Shown here one piece after another: positions 47,221 through 57,082 of a DNA stretch of 64,000 nucleotides. Each line of letters starts with the position of its first letter. The first letter of the stretch is position 1. The stretch comes from an uncultured delta proteobacterium (lineage in GTDB: Bacteria; Myxococcota; UBA727; VGSZ01). The notes below the pieces were generated by a model, which did no database searches, was not told the origin of the DNA, and was given only the letters and a program-made list of their open reading frames with translations. Both the position numbers and the translations under genes were made by a program. The DNA is taken from assembly GCA_963775425.1 (NCBI GenBank), contig CAVZJB010000016.1, forward strand, positions 1,056,001-1,120,000, in the 5' to 3' direction.

Positions 47221-48835
47221 ATGCGCTCCTTCTCCCTCGCCGCCGTCGTCATCGCCGCGCTCGCCACGCCGGCGCACGCGCGGCCGCGGCTCGCGGTCCT
47301 CGTCGTGTTCGATCAAATGCGCGCGGTGGAGATGGACCGCTACGCGGCCTTCTTCGGCCCCGGCGGCTTCGGCGGCCTCGACGGCGCCCGCTTCGACGCC
47401 TTCTACGCGTACGCCGGCACGGAGACCGGGCCGGGGCACGCCACCCTCGCCACGGGCGCCAACCCGAGCATCCACGGCATCGCCACCAACACCTGGCTCG
47501 AGGACAAGCACCGGCACTACGTCGTCGACGACCCCGCGTTTCCCGTGCTCGGCGCCCCCCCGGGCAAGGACGGCACCGTCCCCGGCCGCAGCAGCAAGAG
47601 TCTCCTCGCCCCCACGCTCGGCGACGCCATGAAAGCCGACTCCTTCGGCAAGGCGCTCGTCGCCACGGTGAGCCTCAAGGATCGCGCGGCCATCCTCACG
47701 GGCGGCCGCTCGGCGGACATCGCCGTCTGGTACGAAGCCGCCATCGGCCGCTTCACGACGTCGAAGGCCTATGCCGACACGCTCCCCAAGTGGCTCGAGG
47801 ACGCCGGCGCCGCGCTGCCACGAAAGACCATGGCCACCGGGACGTGGTCGCCGCTGCCGGTGCCGCGCGGCCTCGAGCGCCTCGTGCCCGAAGACGATCG
47901 CCCGGGCGAGGGCGTCCGCGGCGGCCCCTGGGGCGCCACGTTTCCCCACGACATCAAAAGCGCCGACGACAACGACAAGCGCGCGCTCTACCGGGACACG
48001 CCCCAGTCGATGGATGACACGTTCGCCATCGCCTTGGACGCCGTCGACGCGCTCGGCCTCGGCAAGGACGACGAGCCCGACCTGCTCGTCGTGAGCATCT
48101 CCAACACCGACTACATCGGGCACAATTTCGGGCCGGAGAGCCTCGAGCAGCTCGACATGCTCCGCCGCGCGGATTCTCGCGCTGCGCCGCTTCATCGACG
48201 GCCTCGAGCACCGGCTGTTGGCGCGCAGCTTCGTCGTCGCCGTCACGGCCGACCACGGCTCCGTCCCCGTGCAGCTCGCCGCCGAGGGCGCGCGCTGGCC
48301 ACACGGCATCGTCATGATCGACGACGTCATCGCGGCCGCGCGCGCGGGCGCCGAGAAGGCGCGCCCCAAGGACGGCGGCAAGCGCGTGCTCGGTTTCCAT
48401 CCGCCGGAGATTTTCGTCGACACCGACGGCCTCTCGCCGCCCGACAGGCGCGCCTTCTTCGACGGCATCCTCGGCGCCGTCGACGGCGTCGCCGGCGTCG
48501 CGCGCGCCTACGACCTCAGCCGTCCCGGCGACGTCGACCCGCTCGAGCCGCTCATGCGCGCCTCGTACTTCCCTGGGCGGCAGTCGCCGCTCGCGGTTCG
48601 CCAGGCGCCGCGCGTGGTGTTCATGGACGACCCGAACAAGATGGGGACCGATCACGGCACGCCGTACACCTACGACCGCCGCGTCCCCGTCATCCTCTCG
48701 GGGCCCGGCGTGCGCCGCGGCCGCTACGCGCAGCCGATCGATCCGCGCGACATCGCGCCGACGCTCGCGTTCCTGCTCGGCGTGCCGCCGCCGGACATGT
48801 GTCAGGGAAAGCCGGTCCCCGCCGTGGGGAATTGA
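47221..48835 (+). CDS. Alkaline phosphatase superfamily (PafA-like) protein, 1-nt insertion near 48175
   Basis: DQMR, TGPGHATLATG, SLKDRAAIL, DYIGH; TADHG and HGTPYTYD lie in a second frame. Confidence 0.88.
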
Positions 48836-48875
48836 CCCGGCCTCGTGCGCTGCGGATCGATCAAGCGCGCTTGCG

Positions 48876-49253
48876 TCAGCGGCCGAGGGAGCGGAGCATG
48901 GACGCGACGTCGTCCTTGCTGAAGCGCTCGCCGTGGACCTCGATGTCGCGCGGCGGCTCGGGATGAAGCGGCGTGCCAGGGACGTCGGCGACGCCCGACC
49001 ACCAGGGCTTTCGCTTCTCGGCGCGCACCTGGTGCACGCGGCGCCCGCCCGTGGAAGGCTCGATGGCGACGGGCATGGCGAGCAGACGCTCGACGTCGCT
49101 GCGGCGCTCGAAGCGATCGCCGAGCTCGTCGAGGACAGACTTGACCTCGGCGGGCGTGGCGCCCGTGGTCTTCATCAGATCCTGCAGCTTGCCCACATCG
49201 AGCCCCTGCTCGATGGCCCGCCGGATCTGCTCGCGCCTGCCTTCGATCTTCAT
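48876..49253 (-). CDS. Hypothetical protein
   Basis: MKIEGRREQIRR.., genome-typical codon usage. Confidence 0.55.
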   Translation of the reverse strand: MKIEGRREQIRRAIEQGLDVGKLQDLMKTTGATPAEVKSVLDELGDRFERRSDVERLLAMPVAIEPSTGGRRVHQVRAEKRKPWWSGVADVPGTPLHPEPPRDIEVHGERFSKDDVASMLRSLGR

Positions 49254-49349
49254 CCGATGCGTGATACCTGCATCGCCCGGGTTTTGGCGAGACCCGGCGT
49301 GGATTTCCCGGCGCAGCGTGTGCCGAACGGGGCGCCGGACGGAGTGGTC

Positions 49350-50015
49350 GTGGCAGGCATTCGCATCGACTGGGTGCTCCTCGAGACGGCCTTCGAGAGC
49401 CATGCGCCCGACGTCACGAGCTGGTTGCACAAGACGACCGGCGAGATCGCCACGCTCTCCGCGGACACCGAGGACGAGGAGCGCACCCGGGTCACGACCG
49501 ACCCATCGTGGATCGAGATCCAGCCGGTGCCCTCGCGCGAGCAGTACCGGATGATGGAGCGGTTCATCGACACCGTCTCGCACACGCCGCTCAAGGAGCG
49601 CCTCCAGGACTCCATCGTCGGCAAGGGCGCCTTCCGCCGCTTCAAGGACGTCATCAGCCGCTTCCCCGACGAGCGCAAGCGCTGGTTCGCCTTCCGTGAC
49701 GTGCTGCTGCACCGCCACATCCTCGACTGGTTGAAGGACGCCAAGCTCGAGATCGTCGAGATGCCGGCGTGGAGCCTCGAGCTCCCGTCGACGCCGGCGC
49801 CGGGCGAGCCGGCCACCGAAGAGGGCGCGCCGGAGACGTCGGCGGAGCAACAGGAAAAGCAGGAGGCGGAGGAGCTCCGCGCTTACCTGCTTGCGTGGGC
49901 CCGCGCGCACGGCGAGGAGTATCACTACCTCTTCGGGCCTGCCGCGTTCGAGCGGCTCGCGAGCGACATGGCCCACGAGTTCAACTTCTTTCGTCGACGG
50001 AGCACGAGCACGTGA
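49350..50015 (+). CDS. UPF0158 family protein
   Basis: PSREQYRMMERFI, GKGAFRRFKD, W..FR. Confidence 0.85.
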   Translation: MAGIRIDWVLLETAFESHAPDVTSWLHKTTGEIATLSADTEDEERTRVTTDPSWIEIQPVPSREQYRMMERFIDTVSHTPLKERLQDSIVGKGAFRRFKDVISRFPDERKRWFAFRDVLLHRHILDWLKDAKLEIVEMPAWSLELPSTPAPGEPATEEGAPETSAEQQEKQEAEELRAYLLAWARAHGEEYHYLFGPAAFERLASDMAHEFNFFRRRSTST

Positions 50016-50863
50016 GCGAGCAACCCGCCAAGCACTTCATCACCGCGGGCGCGCACCGCGTCTGTTACGTCGAGGGCGGCAAGCCCGGCATGCCGCGGGC
50101 GATCTTCCTGCACGGCTGGATCGCCAGCCACCAGCTCTATCGCAAGGTGTGGAAGGAGCTCGGCGAGCTCTTCCACTTCCACGCCCTCGACCTCGTCGGC
50201 TTCGGCGACTCCGACAAGCCGGACCCGGGCACCGCCGCCTACGATCCGCCCTTCTATGCGGAGAGCGTCCGCGCCTTCGCCGACGCCGTCGGCCTCACCG
50301 AGCCGTTCACGCTCGTCGCGCAATCCATGGGCGGCATGGTGGCCACGGAATTCGCCATTCGCTTCCCCGAGCGGGTCAAGCAGCTCGTGCTCGTCGACAG
50401 CGCCGGCATCGAGGTGCCACCGCCGGTGCTCGGCCGCATCCTGCAGGCGCCGGTCATCGGGAAGCCGCTCTTCATGGCGCTCGGCGGCACGCGCAAGGCG
50501 CTCAAGGACTTCCTCGTCAACGACGTCTACTTCGTCAAAGAGGTCTTCGAGGACGCGGTCCTCGAGGACATGCTGCGCGTGCAACGCCAGCCCGGCGGCA
50601 AAGAAGCGGCGTACGCCGCGCTCACGCGCATGGTGTCGCCGCGCGTGTACAAGACGTTCCAGACGCGCTTCGAGGACGTGAAGGTGCCGACACGCCTGGT
50701 GTGGGGAGAGAAGGACAAGCTCTTCCCCCTCGAGACCTGCGGGCGCGCCATCGAGAAGAAGATCAGCGGCGCGCGCCTGCACGTCGTCGGCGGCAGCGGC
50801 CACGAGCCGCCGGTGGAGCGGCCGGCGGAATTCATGACCGCCCTGCGCGACGCCGTCACCTGA
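50012..50863 (+). CDS. Alpha/beta hydrolase
   Basis: FLHG, DLVGFGDSDKP, QSMGG, WGEKD, GHEP. Confidence 0.9.
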   Translation: MSEQPAKHFITAGAHRVCYVEGGKPGMPRAIFLHGWIASHQLYRKVWKELGELFHFHALDLVGFGDSDKPDPGTAAYDPPFYAESVRAFADAVGLTEPFTLVAQSMGGMVATEFAIRFPERVKQLVLVDSAGIEVPPPVLGRILQAPVIGKPLFMALGGTRKALKDFLVNDVYFVKEVFEDAVLEDMLRVQRQPGGKEAAYAALTRMVSPRVYKTFQTRFEDVKVPTRLVWGEKDKLFPLETCGRAIEKKISGARLHVVGGSGHEPPVERPAEFMTALRDAVT

Positions 50864-51050
50864 GGCGCGTAGGGCAAAGTCGGGGCGACACCCACCTCCT
50901 CTCACCGTGTCAAGGTTGACGCGTCCCGGGTTCGCACGGACACGGTTTCGGCCGCGCGCCGGCGAAACGACGCGCGCCTCTGCGCTTCCGCTCCGCGTTC
51001 CATGGCCGCGCGCATGCGCGCTGTGATCGGCGTCGCGCGCCGAAGCGCGT

Positions 51051-51066
51051 TGGCCTCGCTCGTGCA
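51051..51066 (+). promoter_or_regulatory. Sigma-54 (-24/-12) promoter
   Basis: TGGCCTCGCTCGTGCA has GG-N10-GC spacing; palindrome GTCAAggTTGAC at 50909-50920 as possible activator site. Confidence 0.55.
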
Positions 51067-51095
51067 TTGAACCCACGCACCAGGGAGAGCGACAC

Positions 51096-51263
51096 ATGCA
51101 CACCACCAAGCGCGCCACCAAGACCATCCGCACCACCGTCGGGGAGCTCGCCGCCGCCTTCTACGAGGCCGCGCTCGCCGAGCTGAAGGACGAAGTCGCC
51201 GCCGCCCGCGTCGCGCAGCGGATGGTGCAGGACGCCGTTCGCCAGCGCCGCGTCCTCGTCTGA
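51096..51263 (+). CDS. Small protein (55 aa), absent from the ORF track
   Basis: GGGAG RBS; MHTTKRATKTIRTTVGELAAAFYEAALAELKDEVAAARVAQRMVQDAVRQRRVLV, strong GC3 bias. Confidence 0.75.
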   Translation: MHTTKRATKTIRTTVGELAAAFYEAALAELKDEVAAARVAQRMVQDAVRQRRVLV

Positions 51264-51273
51264 ATAGCGGCCT

Positions 51274-52230
51274 GTGGCCTCGGAGCGGTACAAACGCGAC
51301 ATGCTGCGCGTACGCATCGAGGCCCCGTCGAGCCCCTTCTCCGTGGAGCGGCTCGCCGCAGGCGTCGCGCGGTTGCGCGACGCCGGTTGTGACGTCGACG
51401 ACAGCCACGCGGGCCCGCGAGGGCGGCACGCGTACCTGAACGGCAGCGACGTCGAACGCAAGAAGTCCCTCGAAAGAGCTCTCCACAGCGATGTCGATGT
51501 CGTGTGGCTCGCCCGCGGCGGCTACGGCCTGAGCCGCATCGCGGGCGGAATCACCGTGCCCCGCCGCGGCCCGGTGGTGTGCGGTTTCTCCGACGCCACG
51601 GCGCTTTTCGCACAGCTCAGCGGCACAGGCGTCCCGTGCGTACACGGCCCGCTCGCGACCACGATCGCGGCGGAGCCCGACGACTCCTTCGCCCACTGCC
51701 TCGACGTCCTCATGCGCCGCGCCAAGGGGAAGCGACTGCCCGTGCAGCTCGAAGAGAGCGTCGACGTCGACGGCACCCTGTTCGCGGGGAACCTCTGCGT
51801 GCTCGCGCACCTGTGCGGGACGCCGTCGATGCCGAGCCTCGAGGGCAGCATCGTGGTGCTCGAGGAGATCGGCGAGCGGCCCTACCGCATCGATCGCATG
51901 CTGACCCAGCTCCGCGAGAGCGGCGCCTTCGTCGGCGTCCGCGCCGTGATCGTCGGGCACCTCACGGACTGCGCCGAGCCCGTCCCCCTCGGGGCGCGCG
52001 CGCACGACGTCGGCGGGGGCGCGCGCGACCCGGCGCCCGCGCCGCTCGATGTGTTTCGCGAGCGGCTGGGCGCGTTCGGCATCCCCGTCGCCCACGGCAT
52101 CACCGTCGGCCACGAGCCGCCGTGCACCGCCCTCCCCCTCGGCGTGCGCGCGCGCTTGAGCGGCGCGGCGGGCACGGGGACGCTGGAGCTCCTCGAAGAT
52201 CTCCCCGGCGGCGGGCAGGACCGCGCGTGA
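51274..52230 (+). CDS. ldcA: LD-carboxypeptidase (peptidase S66)
   Basis: ARGGYG, GFSD, HGP, GNL, EEIGERPYRIDRMLTQL, GH. Confidence 0.9.
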   Translation: MASERYKRDMLRVRIEAPSSPFSVERLAAGVARLRDAGCDVDDSHAGPRGRHAYLNGSDVERKKSLERALHSDVDVVWLARGGYGLSRIAGGITVPRRGPVVCGFSDATALFAQLSGTGVPCVHGPLATTIAAEPDDSFAHCLDVLMRRAKGKRLPVQLEESVDVDGTLFAGNLCVLAHLCGTPSMPSLEGSIVVLEEIGERPYRIDRMLTQLRESGAFVGVRAVIVGHLTDCAEPVPLGARAHDVGGGARDPAPAPLDVFRERLGAFGIPVAHGITVGHEPPCTALPLGVRARLSGAAGTGTLELLEDLPGGGQDRA

Positions 52231-53321
52231 CCCGCGACGCCGACGCGGCGCGGGCCGTGCGCATCGCCCTGGACGCCGGCGTCGGCGACGGCACCACGCC
52301 GGGCGCCGCCGCGCTGGTGTTCTCTCCGGGCGGGCGCCTCGTCCACACGACGGGGGCGCTGCATGGCGCCCCCGGCGCCGCGGCGGTCGACGCGGACACG
52401 GTGTTCGACCTCGCGTCGCTCACCAAGCTGCTGTCGACGACCCTGCTCGTCGCGCGCGCCGTCGACGACGGGAGGCTCGCGCTCGACGAGCAGCCGTGGC
52501 CGCGCTGGCCCGGCGTCACCGTCGAGCACGTGCTGCGCCACGAGGCGGGCCTGCCTGCGTGGCTGCCGCTCTTCGAAGAGACGCGGCAAAAGGGCGGCAT
52601 CGGCCTGCCCGCGGGGAAGGCCCTCGTCGAGGAGGCCGCGCGCGCGGCGGCGCCGGAGGCCGCGCCGGGCGCGCGCACGCTCTACTCGGACATCGGCATC
52701 ATCGCGCTCGGCGCGCTGATCGAAGAGCGCAGCGGGCGCGCGCTCGACGCCCTGTTCGCGGAGGCGGCGCAGGCCGCCTACGGCGAGACCGGCTTGCGCT
52801 TCGTGCGCCTCGCCTTCGACGGCTATCACCCCGCGGTGCCGAACGTCGCGCCCACCGAGCGTTGCCCGTGGCGCCGGCGCGCGCTGTTCGGGCAGGTGCA
52901 CGACGAAAACGCCTTCGCCATGGGCGGCGTCGCGGGGCACGCGGGGCTGTTCGGCTCGCTCCTCGACGTCGAGGCGGCGGCGCGCGCGCTGCTCGACGCC
53001 GTCGGCGACGGCGGCGGCGCGGGGGTCCCGGCGCGGCTGCGCTCGTTCGCGTCGGTGCCGGGAGGCGCGCGGCGGCCGATCGGCTTCGACAAGGCCTCCC
53101 CCGGCGGCTCCACCGGCGACGCGCTGTCGCCGCGCACCGTGGGCCACCTCGCGTTCACCGGCTGTTCCCTGTGGGTCGATCCCGACGACGGCGCCGCCTA
53201 CGTGCTGTTGACGAATCGGGTGCACGCCACGCGCGACGGACCGCAGAAGATCCGCGCGCTGCGCCAGCGCTTCCACCGCGCGGCGGCGGCGTGGGTCCGA
53301 AGCGAGCCGAGCTCGGGCTAG
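52227..53321 (+). CDS. Serine hydrolase, beta-lactamase family
   Basis: FDLASLTK (SxxK), YSD, VHDENA..GGVAGHAGLF, GHLAFTG, LLTNRVH. Confidence 0.9.
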   Translation: MTRDADAARAVRIALDAGVGDGTTPGAAALVFSPGGRLVHTTGALHGAPGAAAVDADTVFDLASLTKLLSTTLLVARAVDDGRLALDEQPWPRWPGVTVEHVLRHEAGLPAWLPLFEETRQKGGIGLPAGKALVEEAARAAAPEAAPGARTLYSDIGIIALGALIEERSGRALDALFAEAAQAAYGETGLRFVRLAFDGYHPAVPNVAPTERCPWRRRALFGQVHDENAFAMGGVAGHAGLFGSLLDVEAAARALLDAVGDGGGAGVPARLRSFASVPGGARRPIGFDKASPGGSTGDALSPRTVGHLAFTGCSLWVDPDDGAAYVLLTNRVHATRDGPQKIRALRQRFHRAAAAWVRSEPSSG

Positions 53322-53995
53322 GCGACCTTGCGGGTCCAGCGCGGCTTGGGGGTGTAGCCGACGAAGTAGCCGGCGTCGCGCAGCGCCTCGAGGAACCTCG
53401 CGCGCTGCCCCTTCTCGAGGAGCTTGATGCGCGCGCGCGTGACCTTCATGGCCCGCGCCGTGGCCTCCTGGGTGAGGCCGTGGACGAAGCGGTGCAGGAA
53501 GAACTCGCGCCCTTCGTCGTCGAGGGTCTGGATGAACGACCTGGTGACCTCGTGCAGCTCGCCGTCGGCGAAGGCGACCTCGGGATCGCGGTCGTCGGAG
53601 TGCAGCCCCGGGTGCGAGTCCGAGCGGCGGCGCGCGAGGACGTCGGTGGCCTCATCGCTGGCGTCGAGCGGGAGCACCCGCTCGCGGCGCTGGAACTCGC
53701 GCAGCACGAGGTTCTTGGCGATGGAGAAGAGGTAATTCTTGAAGGGGCGCTCGCCGTCGTAGTGCGCGCGGGTGTTGGGGGCGAAGGCGCGGGCGAACGT
53801 TTCCTGCAGGATGCTCTCGGCGTCGATCCCGGCGACGCCTCCGCGATAACGGCAGGTGCGCCCTCGGCTCACGAACGTGAACCCGCCGGCGAGGAAGCGG
53901 CGGACGGGCTCACACAAGGCACGGTAGAGGATCTCGAAAGCCCAGGTTTCTCCCGCCCGATACGCGGCCAACAGCTTTCGATCCTCATGCAGCAT
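53318..53995 (-). CDS. ECF-type RNA polymerase sigma factor
   Basis: AFEILY, QETFARAF, YDG.RPF..YL..IAKN, region 4 HTH. Confidence 0.85.
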   Translation of the reverse strand: MLHEDRKLLAAYRAGETWAFEILYRALCEPVRRFLAGGFTFVSRGRTCRYRGGVAGIDAESILQETFARAFAPNTRAHYDGERPFKNYLFSIAKNLVLREFQRRERVLPLDASDEATDVLARRRSDSHPGLHSDDRDPEVAFADGELHEVTRSFIQTLDDEGREFFLHRFVHGLTQEATARAMKVTRARIKLLEKGQRARFLEALRDAGYFVGYTPKPRWTRKVA

Positions 53996-54219
53996 CGTGC
54001 TCCCCAGGCAAAAGGTCCGCGGACGCTACCACAGCATCGGTAAAAGGGCGGTGATCGGGGCGGATGTGCCGGATCTCCCTCCAAATCCGGCGCTCGGCGG
54101 CTAGACGTGCGAATCGCCGCACTGCGTCGACGAGGCGAGGCAGGCGACGGAAGTCCACGAATTCCAGCGCTTTACCCGTCGTCCATTGCGGTGTAACCCC
54201 CGGCCTCCTCGGAGGCCCG

Positions 54220-56532
54220 ATGCTGCGCCACTCGCTCGCCCTCACCGTGCTCCTCGCCGCTTCGACCGCGCTCGCGCAGTCCGCCGCGGCGCCTGCCGCG
54301 GACAAGCCCGCCGACACCAAGAAGGCCGACGACAACAAGGCCGACGACAACAAGGCCGACGACAAGAAGGCCGGCGACAAGAAGGCCGGCGACAAGAAGG
54401 CCGGCGACAAGAAGGCCGGCGACAAGAAGGCCGATGACAAGAAGGCCGACGACAAGGCCGGCGACGCGAAGCCCGCGGAGACCCCGGCCGGCACAGAGGT
54501 GCCGGCGCTGCCGCCGCCCGCGGAGACCACGCCGACCGCGCCCACCGAGGAGCCGACGGCGCCGGCGGGGATGTCGCCGGAAGACATGGCCAAGCTGAAG
54601 GCGCAGCTCAAGGCCGAGCTCGAGACCGAGCTCAAGGCGCAGATGCAAAACGAGATGGAGGCCGCGGCGCGCGACGCGGCCACGCAGAAGGCGGCGGCGC
54701 AGGAGTGGGAAGAGGAGAAGTGGGTCGAGGAGGTCAAGCCCACGCTCAACTTCCTCCAGCTCGACGGCTACTTCCGCACGCGCTTCGACCTCTTCAACCG
54801 CCTCGACCTCGGCACGTTCGATCCGAACGCGGGCGGCGGCGTCGGCCGCGGCACGTCGATGGTGCCGCCGCCCACGATGTACCGCCCCTTCGACGGCGAC
54901 AACTGCACCGCGTCCACGCCGAACTTCCCCGGCGACACCTGCTCCACGCAGAAGGAGGACACCGAGACCCTCCTCACCATGAACATGCGGCTGCGCCTGA
55001 ACCCGACGCTGAACGTGTCGGACGACATCAAGATCAAGTCGACCGTCGACGTCTTCGACAACCTCGTCTACGGCAGCACGCCAGAGGCCCTGCCCGGCTT
55101 CGCCAACGGCAACCCCACGCTCCCCTTGCCGCTGTTCACGCAGTCGCAGAACTCACCGCAGGTGGGCCTCAACTCCATCTACGACGCCATCCGCATCAAG
55201 CGCGTCTGGGCCGAGGTCACCACGCCCCTCGGCCAGCTCCGCTTCGGCCGCATGCCGGTGAACTTCGGCCTCGGCATCCTCGCCAACGATGGCAACAAGC
55301 TCACCAGCGACTACGGCGACAACGCCGATCAGATCCTGTTCGCCACGCGCATCGCCGGGCACTACATCGTGCCCGCGTACTCGTGGTCGTCGTCGGGTCC
55401 GTTCGGCCGCGGCGGCGGCAGCGGCATCGGCGGCGACGCCGACTTCTCGTCGTTCGCCAACGAGGGCGGCACCCGCTACAACCTCGACCCGCGCGACGAC
55501 GTGCACAGCTTCATCCTCGTCATCGCCAAGAAGGACAAGGAAGAGGACATCACGGAGCAGTTGCGCAACGGCGGCATCGTCCTCAACTACGGCGCCTTCC
55601 TCGTGTACCGCACGCAGCAATTCGACGATCCCGCCTACTACACGGGCGGGGTGTCGGCGGGCTCGCCGAACCCGGTGGCAGCGCCCGAGGACTACGTGCG
55701 GCGCGACGCCAACGCGGGCATCGGCTCGCTGTGGGGGCGCTTCCAATGGGACAAGCTCAAGATCGAAGCCGAGGCCGTCGGCATCCTCGGCCAGATCAGC
55801 GGGACGGCCGTGGTGTCGGGCCAGGGGAATTTCGATCCGCGCCTCAAGGTGCTCACCGACGCCACCCAGACCGGCGACAACGCCTTCACCAACCAGCCGC
55901 TCATCGTGTTCCAGGGCGGCGCCGCTGTCGAGTCCAGCTACAAGCTCCTCAACGATCAGCTCACCATCGGCCTCGACGGCGGCATCGCCTCCGGTGACGA
56001 CGCCTTCGGCATGGGCCTGCGCCCGGTGCTGAAGCAGGAGCCCAAGCCCGGTGACCTCGACGGCCAGCAGTACGGGCAGTGCCTCGAGCGCGACCCGGAC
56101 GGCCACGACATCGACGGCGACGGCGTGGTGGATTGCGTGAAGGTCGACAACGACGTCACCAACTACCGCTTCAACCCCGACTACGCGGTGGACCTCATCC
56201 TCTTCCGCGAGGTGCTCGGCACCGTGACGGACGCGTTCTACGTGAAGCCTCACATCGGCTACAACCTCACCGAGAACCTCGGCGCGCGCGCCGACGTCAT
56301 GTACGCCGAGGCGCTGTTCGCGTCGTCGACGCCCGGCCAGCAGAACCCGCTCGGCCTCGAGGTCGACCTCAGCGGCTTCTACGGCACCGAGGACGGCTTC
56401 TACCTGATGGCGCAGTACGGCATCATGCTGCCCTTCGGCGCCTTCGCGCAGAGCGCCACCGACGTCGACCCGCAGTTCCGGAGCCCGCAGTTCGCCCAGA
56501 CCTTCCAGGTCTTCGGCGGCGTGCAGTTTTAG
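54220..56532 (+). CDS. Outer-membrane beta-barrel protein, TIGR04551-like (myxobacterial)
   Basis: Signal peptide; LDGYFRTR, RVWAEVTTPLGQLRFGRM, FNPDYAVDLILFRE; terminal Phe. Confidence 0.82.
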   Translation: MLRHSLALTVLLAASTALAQSAAAPAADKPADTKKADDNKADDNKADDKKAGDKKAGDKKAGDKKAGDKKADDKKADDKAGDAKPAETPAGTEVPALPPPAETTPTAPTEEPTAPAGMSPEDMAKLKAQLKAELETELKAQMQNEMEAAARDAATQKAAAQEWEEEKWVEEVKPTLNFLQLDGYFRTRFDLFNRLDLGTFDPNAGGGVGRGTSMVPPPTMYRPFDGDNCTASTPNFPGDTCSTQKEDTETLLTMNMRLRLNPTLNVSDDIKIKSTVDVFDNLVYGSTPEALPGFANGNPTLPLPLFTQSQNSPQVGLNSIYDAIRIKRVWAEVTTPLGQLRFGRMPVNFGLGILANDGNKLTSDYGDNADQILFATRIAGHYIVPAYSWSSSGPFGRGGGSGIGGDADFSSFANEGGTRYNLDPRDDVHSFILVIAKKDKEEDITEQLRNGGIVLNYGAFLVYRTQQFDDPAYYTGGVSAGSPNPVAAPEDYVRRDANAGIGSLWGRFQWDKLKIEAEAVGILGQISGTAVVSGQGNFDPRLKVLTDATQTGDNAFTNQPLIVFQGGAAVESSYKLLNDQLTIGLDGGIASGDDAFGMGLRPVLKQEPKPGDLDGQQYGQCLERDPDGHDIDGDGVVDCVKVDNDVTNYRFNPDYAVDLILFREVLGTVTDAFYVKPHIGYNLTENLGARADVMYAEALFASSTPGQQNPLGLEVDLSGFYGTEDGFYLMAQYGIMLPFGAFAQSATDVDPQFRSPQFAQTFQVFGGVQF
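54322..54456 (+). repeat. 15-bp coding tandem repeat, 9 copies (KA[D/G]D[K/N])
   Basis: Units such as aaggccgacgacaac and aaggccggcgacaag. Confidence 0.9.
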
Positions 56533-56625
56533 CGCGCTGGCGCGCGCGAACAGCCGGGCCCTCCGGGCCCCCCCGCGCTTCGCGCGGGCCCCCCGCTTCA
56601 AGGAACAGGCTCGATGGGCCCGCTC

Positions 56626-56732
56626 GCGGAGCTCGCGCTTCCGCGAGCTCCGCACGGTCCGCCAAATGGCGCGATCCCCGCGCCGCGGCGAAGGCGGCCT
56701 CGCAGCAGACCGCGGCGGCCGCCTTCGCCGCG
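56626..56732. repeat. Intergenic cluster of GC-rich hairpins (REP-like / terminator)
   Basis: gcggagctcgcg-cttc-cgcgagctccgc (56626-56653); cgcggcgaaggcggcc..ggccgccttcgccgcg (56684-56732). Confidence 0.6.
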
Positions 56733-56839
56733 CTTCGAATTCGGGGCTTGGCGTCGACGTGTGGCCGCCCGCCAGGATCGGGCCGAGGCCACGAAGCACA
56801 CCTGGAGGCGCTTTTCACCTCGCGCGTGCCGCCTTGACG

Positions 56840-57046
56840 CTACTTGTCGCTCGGCGCCGCGGACTCGAGACCCAGGTACGCGGCGAGGGTCTCTTCGACC
56901 ACGACGACGTCGCCGTGCTCTTCGCACCACAGCGCCCAGATCGCGTCGTCATCGGCGACGACGAGGTTCAACACCGTGTCCTCGGGGAGCTCGGCGCCGT
57001 CGATGACGAGCCGTCCGTTCCGCACCGAGACCGTCACGGTCTTCAT
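56840..57046 (-). CDS. Small antitoxin-like protein
   Basis: MKTVTVSVRNGRLVIDGAELPEDTVLNLVV resembles swapped-hairpin antitoxin N-termini; acidic tail. Confidence 0.5.
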   Translation of the reverse strand: MKTVTVSVRNGRLVIDGAELPEDTVLNLVVADDDAIWALWCEEHGDVVVVEETLAAYLGLESAAPSDK

Positions 57047-57082
57047 GCCGAAAGACGTATCGTCGGCCCGGTGCCGAACCAC

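Noticed and set aside
52227-53321. Antibiotic-resistance beta-lactamase
   Set aside because: No signal peptide; the VHDENA motif and ldcA linkage fit a peptidoglycan-recycling hydrolase
54322-54456. CRISPR array
   Set aside because: Head-to-tail in-frame coding repeats with no spacers, and no cas genes
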